A stretch of 64,000 nucleotides of DNA from an uncultured Gemmatimonadales bacterium. Its GTDB lineage: Bacteria > Gemmatimonadota > Gemmatimonadetes > Gemmatimonadales > GWC2-71-9. Shown piece by piece: positions 58,081 to 64,000 of the stretch (the first letter of the stretch is position 1; each line of letters starts with the position of its first letter). Below the pieces are notes generated by a model. That model did not search any database, was not told the DNA's origin, and saw only the letters and a program-made list of their open reading frames with translations. The stretch covers positions 32,001 to 96,000 of the forward strand of contig CAVOGR010000007.1 in the NCBI GenBank assembly GCA_963695555.1, read 5' to 3'. The translations under genes and the position numbers were made by a program.

Positions 58081-58160
58081 GGGCGGAACATTATTGAGTC
58101 GCAAGTCCCAAGTCGGAGGACTTAAGACTTGGCACCCCTCAACTTCTTCCCTTTCTCACC

Positions 58161-60312
58161 CTACACCACCAACGGCAACTCCCGGAGCCGCTTACCCGTG
58201 AGCACCGCCACCGCGTTCGCCACGGCCGGCGCGCTCGGAGGCACCGCGACCTCCCCCACCCCGCCCGGCCGCTCCATGCTCGACACGATGTGGGTCTCGA
58301 CCCGGGGCATCTCCTTCAGGCGCAGGATGACGTAGTCGTGGAAGTTCGCCTCCTGCACTCGGCCTTCCTTTAATGTGAGCTTGCTATGGAGCGCCGCGCC
58401 GAGTCCAAATGCCACGGCGGATTCCATTTGCGCGGCGATGGCCTCGGGATTGACGGCAATGCCGCAATCGACGGCGCACACTACGCGGTGCACCCGAATC
58501 TTGCCGGCCTCGATCGACACCTCGGCCACCTCGGCGACGAAGCTGCCGAACGATTCGTGCACCGCCACTCCGCGCGCCCAGCCCTTGGGCAACGGTGTTC
58601 CCCAACCGGCCTTCTCGGCCGCCAGGTTGAGCACCCCCAGGTGCCGGGGATGACCTTGAAGCAGCCGCCGACGATACGCGACCGGGTCCTGACCCGCGGT
58701 CTGCGCCAACTCGTCGATCAGTGTCTCCATCACGAACGCGGTGTGAGTATGCCCCACCGACCGCCACCAGAGGACCGGGATCGCGGTCTTGGGCGAGTGA
58801 AGTCCGACCCTGCGATTCGGAATCGACGCGAGATAGGGTGAGTCGGCGACGCCCTCGACCGAGGACGAGTCGATCCCGTTTTGCACCAATGCGCCTTCGA
58901 ATGCGGTCCCGGCTGCGATCGATTGCCCGACCGCGACGTGATCCCAAGCGGTCGGCATGCCATCGTCGCTTAGCCCGACCCGGACCCGATGCACGAAGGC
59001 CGGGCGGTAGTAGCCCCCGCGCACGTCGTCCTCGCGGGTCCATACCACCTTGACCGCTTTGCCGCTCTGCTTGGCGACGTGCACCGCTTCGACCACGAAG
59101 TCCGAGGCCGGGCTGGCACGTCGGCCGAAACCGCCACCGAGGAAGGTGGTGTGGATCGTGACCTGCTCCGGCTTGAGGCCGAGGATCTGCGCCGCCAGCG
59201 GCTGATCCGGCCCCTGGAACTGCGTACCGGTCCAGATCTCGCACTTGTCGGGACTGATGCGGACGGTGCAGTTGAGCGGTTCCATCGGCGGCGTGTGCCA
59301 GGTACGGCACCGCATATTCCGCATCGATCGTCTTCGACGCCGCGGCGAACGCCGCGGTGACGTCGCCGGCCGCGACGGCTTGCATGCCAGGGGTCTCTGC
59401 CAGGCGGCTCCACTGCTGCTGCAGCTCTGCACTGTCCAGCGTCGCGCCGGGGCCGAGATCCCACTCGATCTCGAGCGCCGAGCGGCCCTGCCGAGCCGCC
59501 CAGAAGTGGTCGGCGAGCACAGCGACACCGCTCGGCACCTGCACTACGCCACGCACGCCGGGCACGGCCTTGGCCTTGGTTGCATCAAATGACTTGACCG
59601 TGCCACCGAACACCGGCGAGCGCGCAACCAGGGCGGTGAGCAGCCCGTCGAACTGGACATCCATGCCGAACTTGGCGCGGCCGGTGATCTTCTCCGGCGT
59701 GTCGAGCCGCTTGGTCGGCTTACCGATGATCTTCCAATCCTTCGGGTCTTTGAGCGTGACGCTCGCGGGCTTCGGCAGCTGGGCGGCGGCATCGGCCAAC
59801 TCGCCGAAGGTCGCGCGATTGTCCCCGGCGATGACCGCACCGTTCTCGGTGCGGCAGGCTGATACCGGAACGCCGTAGCGCTGGGACGCGGCCTCCACAA
59901 GGAGCGTGCGGGCCATGGCTCCGGCCTCGCGATAGCGCTGGAACTCGGACCACGTGGTGGTTGATCCGCCGGTGGCCTGGATGCCGAAGGCAGTGTGCGC
60001 GTAGACCGGTGCGGCTGGCGCGTGCTCCACCTTGATCTTGCTCCAATCGGCGTCGAGCTCCTCGGCGATCAGCATCGGCAGCGTAGTCCAGATGCCCTGG
60101 CCCATCTCCGAGTGCGCCAAGAGCACGGTCACGGTGTCGTCACTACCGATCCGAAGGAACGCATTCGGCACAAAAGGTTCAGTGCCCGGTATGGCCTCCG
60201 CCTGAACAAAACGTCGAGCGCCGGGCACGGCGAAGGCAATCACCAGCCCGCCTGAGACGGCGGCGCCGGTCTTCAGGAAATCGCGGCGAGTGGGGTGTGG
60301 CTTAGCGGTCAC
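58161..60312 (-). CDS. Xanthine dehydrogenase family molybdopterin-binding subunit (IorB-like, Tat signal), split by a +1 frameshift near 59290
   Basis: TRRDFLK, SEMGQG, TGGS, YLAHA then in another frame PMEPLNCT, LGGGFGRR, WWRSVG, GGVGE. Confidence 0.92.
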
Positions 60313-60375
60313 GGGTACGGCTCCTTTCAACGGCTCGATTAGCCATCACGATTCGCTAGCACGGCTCCGGCCGGT

Positions 60376-60831
60376 TCAACCCGCGGCCAATTCCGAGGCG
60401 CGACGCACCGCGGCACGGATCCGCTGATAGGTGCCGCAGCGGCAGAGGTTGCGCGCTAAAGCGTCGTCGATGTCCGCATCGCTGGGTGTGGGCTTGTCGG
60501 CGAGTAATGCCGCGGCCGTCATGATCTGCCCCGACTGGCAGTAGCCGCACTGCACCACGTCCAGATCGGCCCAGGCCCGCTGCACCGGGTGGCTCCCGTC
60601 GGGCGACAGCCCCTCGATGGTGGTGATCTGCTTGCCCTCGACGCTGGATACCGAGGTAACGCACGAGCGACGGGGGACCCCGTCGATGTGCACCGTGCAG
60701 GCCCCACATTGCGCAATGCCGCAGCCGAATTTGGTCCCAGTCAGGCCGACCAGGTCACGGATGACCCAGAGGAGCGGCATGTTGGGAGCGGCGTCGACGT
60801 CGTGCTGCTTGCCGTTGATGGTGAGCTTCAT
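60376..60831 (-). CDS. (2Fe-2S)-binding subunit (IorA/CoxS-like)
   Basis: [32 protein letters not shown]. Confidence 0.95.
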   Translation of the reverse strand: MKLTINGKQHDVDAAPNMPLLWVIRDLVGLTGTKFGCGIAQCGACTVHIDGVPRRSCVTSVSSVEGKQITTIEGLSPDGSHPVQRAWADLDVVQCGYCQSGQIMTAAALLADKPTPSDADIDDALARNLCRCGTYQRIRAAVRRASELAAG

Positions 60832-60991
60832 GATTCCCTCGTGGTGGTGGCTCGGGAGCACAGCGGAGTCGCAGTCAGGTCCATTTCTGAAGCCCGGACG
60901 GCGCGACCGTTCCAACTCAATTTTAGCGATGTTCGAGAAATTTCAAGGTCCCGACTCGGCCTGCATTGGAAAGAAGACGGTAGCCCCGGCA

Positions 60992-61450
60992 TCACGTCGA
61001 TCGGCGCAACCGCGTGAGCACCCGGTCCAAGGCCGCGGCAAAGGCCTGTTTGGCTCGGGCATCGAATGGCGGCGGTCCACCGGTCACGATCCCCGCCAGG
61101 CGCGCCTGCTCCATCAGGTCGCGCACCGACAGGCGCTCGCCGATCGTTTCGGCCGTGTGCTCCTCGCCGCGCGGGTCCAGGACGGTCACCTGCTTGGGTA
61201 CTAAGAGCGCAGCCAACGGAATATCCTGCGTCACGACCAGATCGCCTGCACCGGCATGGTCCGCGATGTACTGGTCGGCCACATCGTCGCCGCCATCGAC
61301 CCGGATGGCGCTCACCAGCGGATAACCCGGAGGTGTATGGAGCCGCTGGTTCGCGACCAGGATAATTTCGATCTCCAACCGCTTCGCCGCGCGGAACACC
61401 ACTTCTTTCACATCCCGCGGAGCCGCGTCCGCATCGATCCAGATCTTCAG
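60992..61450 (-). CDS. YaiI/YqxD (DUF188) family protein
   Basis: KIWIDADAAP...ADQYI...DLVVTQDIPLAA...GGPPPF; start probably CTG at 61450. Confidence 0.9.
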   Translation of the reverse strand: MKIWIDADAAPRDVKEVVFRAAKRLEIEIILVANQRLHTPPGYPLVSAIRVDGGDDVADQYIADHAGAGDLVVTQDIPLAALLVPKQVTVLDPRGEEHTAETIGERLSVRDLMEQARLAGIVTGGPPPFDARAKQAFAAALDRVLTRLRRST

Positions 61451-61496
61451 GGTGGATTCACTCCCGTTCAGTCCGTCGTGAATACGCCTAGGAGCA

Positions 61497-61528
61497 AGCC
61501 CCGCTCTGTGCTCGGACAAAGCGGGGCT
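61497..61528 (-). terminator. GC-rich hairpin, probable terminator of the lectin gene
   Basis: AGCCCCGCT...AGCGGGGCT inverted repeat; only a short U-tract. Confidence 0.5.
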
Positions 61529-61573
61529 CCCGTCGTCGGCGTATCGCCGGCGGTTCTGCCTGGTTGTTTCTTG

Positions 61574-62221
61574 CTACTCGAACTCCACGATGTACCCGCG
61601 CGGAGCGCGTACTTCTCCGGTGAACTCGACGCCGGCTTGGGCGAAGTCGGTCACCGGGTCGTTGGGCATGTCGTTCCAGGTATTACCCCTGGCGTCGAGT
61701 CCCTCAGCAAAGAAGTTCCCGTAGTGCTCGATGCCGCCCATGTTATTGGGCTCCGCCGTCGCGGCGGTGGTTCCGCTCAGCCAGTTGGTGTAGTCCGAGG
61801 CTTCTCCGGTGACCCAGCTCCAGCCCCCGGCCGGCTCGGGTGCGCCATCGGTCTGATAGAGACCAATCCAGGGACCGATTGAGACCTGAATGGGATTCGC
61901 TTCACCGTCGGCCATGGCGGTGACGTCCAGGTTCACCCAGATATCGGCATTTTCGGCGATCAAGGCGTACACCAGCGCATTCTCTTCCGCCGACGTGATG
62001 GCGGCGAGGTGTCCGCCATCCGCCTCGGCCCGGGCCTTGGCATCCTCCCAGGTGAGTCCATCCGGGACGACGACGGCGCGATATCGCTCGCTCGCACCAC
62101 CAGCCGCGGCCGCGGCCGCGGCCTCATCAGCACGGGGCGCCCGATCATAGCCGCCGCAGCCCGCGAGGGCGACCATGCCTGCCGGCAAGAGGGCGACGCT
62201 TAGCATTCTCATGACCCGCAT
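61574..62221 (-). CDS. C-type lectin-like domain lipoprotein
   Basis: AGGAGG RBS; lipobox LAGC; TWEDAK...GGHLAAITSAEEN...WIGL...WSWVTGE...YTNW...EPNN...WND. Confidence 0.85.
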   Translation of the reverse strand: MRVMRMLSVALLPAGMVALAGCGGYDRAPRADEAAAAAAAGGASERYRAVVVPDGLTWEDAKARAEADGGHLAAITSAEENALVYALIAENADIWVNLDVTAMADGEANPIQVSIGPWIGLYQTDGAPEPAGGWSWVTGEASDYTNWLSGTTAATAEPNNMGGIEHYGNFFAEGLDARGNTWNDMPNDPVTDFAQAGVEFTGEVRAPRGYIVEFE

Positions 62222-62321
62222 GTGAGCCTCCTGGCTTTCGGGTATCAAAGCCAAGGTATGCCCAGTCTACCCGACGTCAACCACATGGGCCCTCCAACAG
62301 GCGAGGGTCCCCGGGAAGGAG

Positions 62322-62543
62322 CTAGACGGCGGGTGGAGTCGGTATCGCAGCTCTCCCGACGGCCACCCCGTCGAAAGAGAGGCCGCGCTCCTGGGCGCAC
62401 TCGGCGCAGAGGAAGACCGTTGGCTTGAGCTTCTCGACCTGGGCCTTGGTCGGGCCCCGAGCCGCGAGGGGAACAACCGGTACGCCGGTGATCTTGACGC
62501 CGCAATCGGCGCAGGTATGGTCCTGGGCTTTGGAGACGGTCAT
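62322..62543 (-). CDS. Small putative zinc-finger protein
   Basis: GGAG RBS; CADC...CAEC pair. Confidence 0.55.
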   Translation of the reverse strand: MTVSKAQDHTCADCGVKITGVPVVPLAARGPTKAQVEKLKPTVFLCAECAQERGLSFDGVAVGRAAIPTPPAV

Positions 62544-62714
62544 AGCTCCATTCCTCCACCGATGATAATTGAACGCCCACGACATGCGGCTGCCGATCGC
62601 CGCCATATAGGGATAACTAGCCGCGGGGCCAAAGAGTTCCAGTGGCTGCTTCGCCCGAGGCCCCGGCTTGTCGCGCCCCGTCGAGGAGGCAGGGAGAGCC
62701 CACCGGAGGACACG

Positions 62715-64000
62715 TCAAAGGATGGAGGCGGCCAAGGTCGCGAGCCCCAAGAAACTCAAGAATCCCATCACGTCCGTCACCGTGGTCAGAATGATGGATG
62801 ACGCCTGAGCCGGGTCCTGCCCCAGCTTTTGAAGCACGATTGGGACCGAGGCGCCCGCCAGTCCGGCGATGGTCATCGAGATCACCATGGCCGTCACGAT
62901 CACGGCGGCGAGCCCCATTGAGCCACTCCAGATGTACACCGCCACCCCGGTCACGACCGCCACGGCCACGCCGTTGATGGCGCCGGCGCCGATCTCCTTG
63001 AGGGCGACCCGCCACCAGTGTTTCGCCCGGATCTCCCGAAGCGCCAGACCTCGCATGGTGACGGCCAGGGCCTGGGCGCCGGTGTTGCCGGATTGTCCCG
63101 CCACCACCGGCAGCAGCACGGCCAGCGCGGTAAACTGCGCGATGGTTCCCTCGAACAGCCCTACCACGGCCGCCGCGAGGAATGCGGTGCCAAGGTTGAC
63201 CTGGAGCCAGGGAAGGCGGCGGCGCACGGCGAACGTAATCCCGGACAGGGCCCGTTCATCTTTACTCGCGCCCACCATGGTTTGAACGTCTGCGCTCGCT
63301 TCCGTTTGCACGGCCGCAATCAACTGCGCCTGGCGGACGACACCGAGAACCCGTCCCCGGAAGTCGACGACGGGGATGCTCGATGCCTTGCTCTGTTCAA
63401 AGAGCTCGATGACGGCGTCCCGAGGAGCCGTCGCTTCGATGCTGGCATGCGGCTGCTGCAGGTCTCCCAGGCGGTCACCCTGTTGCGCCGCGACGAGCGC
63501 CTGCAACGAAAGGGCACCGATGAGGACCCCGTCATCGTCTATCAGGAAGACATCGGCGATCCGCCTTTCTCCCAGCTGCCGCAGCCGCTTGACCGCATCT
63601 TTCACGGTTGCTTGAGGACGAAACGTCGTGACCCTGGGGTCCATGATGCCGCCGGCACTGTCGGATGGATACGCCATGAGGGCTTCCAAATCCTCGGCGA
63701 TCACTGGGTCGAGGCTCGCCAACAGGTGCGACCGCCGGTCCGGATCGCACCGTGCGAGGACGCTCGCCGTACGGCTCGGCTCGAGATTCGGTGCCAGGGC
63801 CCCGAACACCGCAGGGGCAAGCACATCGAGCAGGTCCACGGCAGCGTCCGGCCGGAGTCGGTCGAACAGCACTGCGGCATCGGCGGCCGGGGAGTGCTCC
63901 AGAAGCTCTGCGACGTCCCGCGGTGGCAGCCGTTCTGCCAAGGACGCGAATTCATCCGGATACAACTCGGAGAACCGTCGTGTCAGTGCCTGAGCCAGGC
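62715..64000 (-). CDS. mgtE: MgtE family magnesium transporter (5' end outside the window)
   Basis: SAGGIM, CBS pair, RRLPWL, GNTGAQ, DPAQAS...TTVTDV; the frame stays open to the window edge. Confidence 0.93.
   Translation of the reverse strand, partial: LAQALTRRFSELYPDEFASLAERLPPRDVAELLEHSPAADAAVLFDRLRPDAAVDLLDVLAPAVFGALAPNLEPSRTASVLARCDPDRRSHLLASLDPVIAEDLEALMAYPSDSAGGIMDPRVTTFRPQATVKDAVKRLRQLGERRIADVFLIDDDGVLIGALSLQALVAAQQGDRLGDLQQPHASIEATAPRDAVIELFEQSKASSIPVVDFRGRVLGVVRQAQLIAAVQTEASADVQTMVGASKDERALSGITFAVRRRLPWLQVNLGTAFLAAAVVGLFEGTIAQFTALAVLLPVVAGQSGNTGAQALAVTMRGLALREIRAKHWWRVALKEIGAGAINGVAVAVVTGVAVYIWSGSMGLAAVIVTAMVISMTIAGLAGASVPIVLQKLGQDPAQASSIILTTVTDVMGFLSFLGLATLAASIL

Noticed and set aside
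56475..58104. Prophage
   Set aside because: No capsid, terminase, portal, integrase or att-like repeats; the proteins resemble eCIS components.
6900..59300. Programmed ribosomal frameshifting or selenocysteine recoding at the three split genes
   Set aside because: No slippery heptamers or in-frame TGA at conserved Cys positions; single duplicated bases explain all three.

Overview
High-GC bacterial chromosomal window, probably Gemmatimonadota. This is inferred from the Ser/Thr kinase N-terminus, the Ig+RCC1 lipoproteins, the 6-bladed beta-propeller lipoprotein and the small 'ERLDFxERLL' proteins. From left to right it holds: the end of an aminobenzoate/benzoate-CoA catabolic cluster; an M1 aminopeptidase divergent from a ~15 kb tightly coupled 9-gene envelope operon (DUF4159 x2, GATase-like/VWA membrane protein, caspase-like protein lacking the catalytic Cys, TPR-metallopeptidase, MoxR, DUF58, BatA/VWA, DUF4175-like coiled coil); a GH20 hexosaminidase, tryptophanase, OPT transporter, PLP decarboxylase and peroxiredoxin; two RCC1 lipoproteins and tandem small membrane paralogues; a GMC/GT2/phosphodiesterase cassette; pcm plus a membrane methyltransferase-like gene; a Ser/Thr kinase with a small Cys-rich ORF; an orphan contractile injection system (CIS) mini-locus (tube, Afp7-like protein, inverted sheath C-terminal fragment); IorAB-like molybdoenzyme genes; and MgtE. 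Three genes carry single-base +1 frameshifts that look like sequencing errors. I saw no rRNA, tRNA, CRISPR array, integrase or transposase. The best candidates for an undescribed system are the orphan CIS mini-locus with its possibly structured leader, and the MoxR/VWA/peptidase operon. All family calls come from motif recognition by eye, not database searches.
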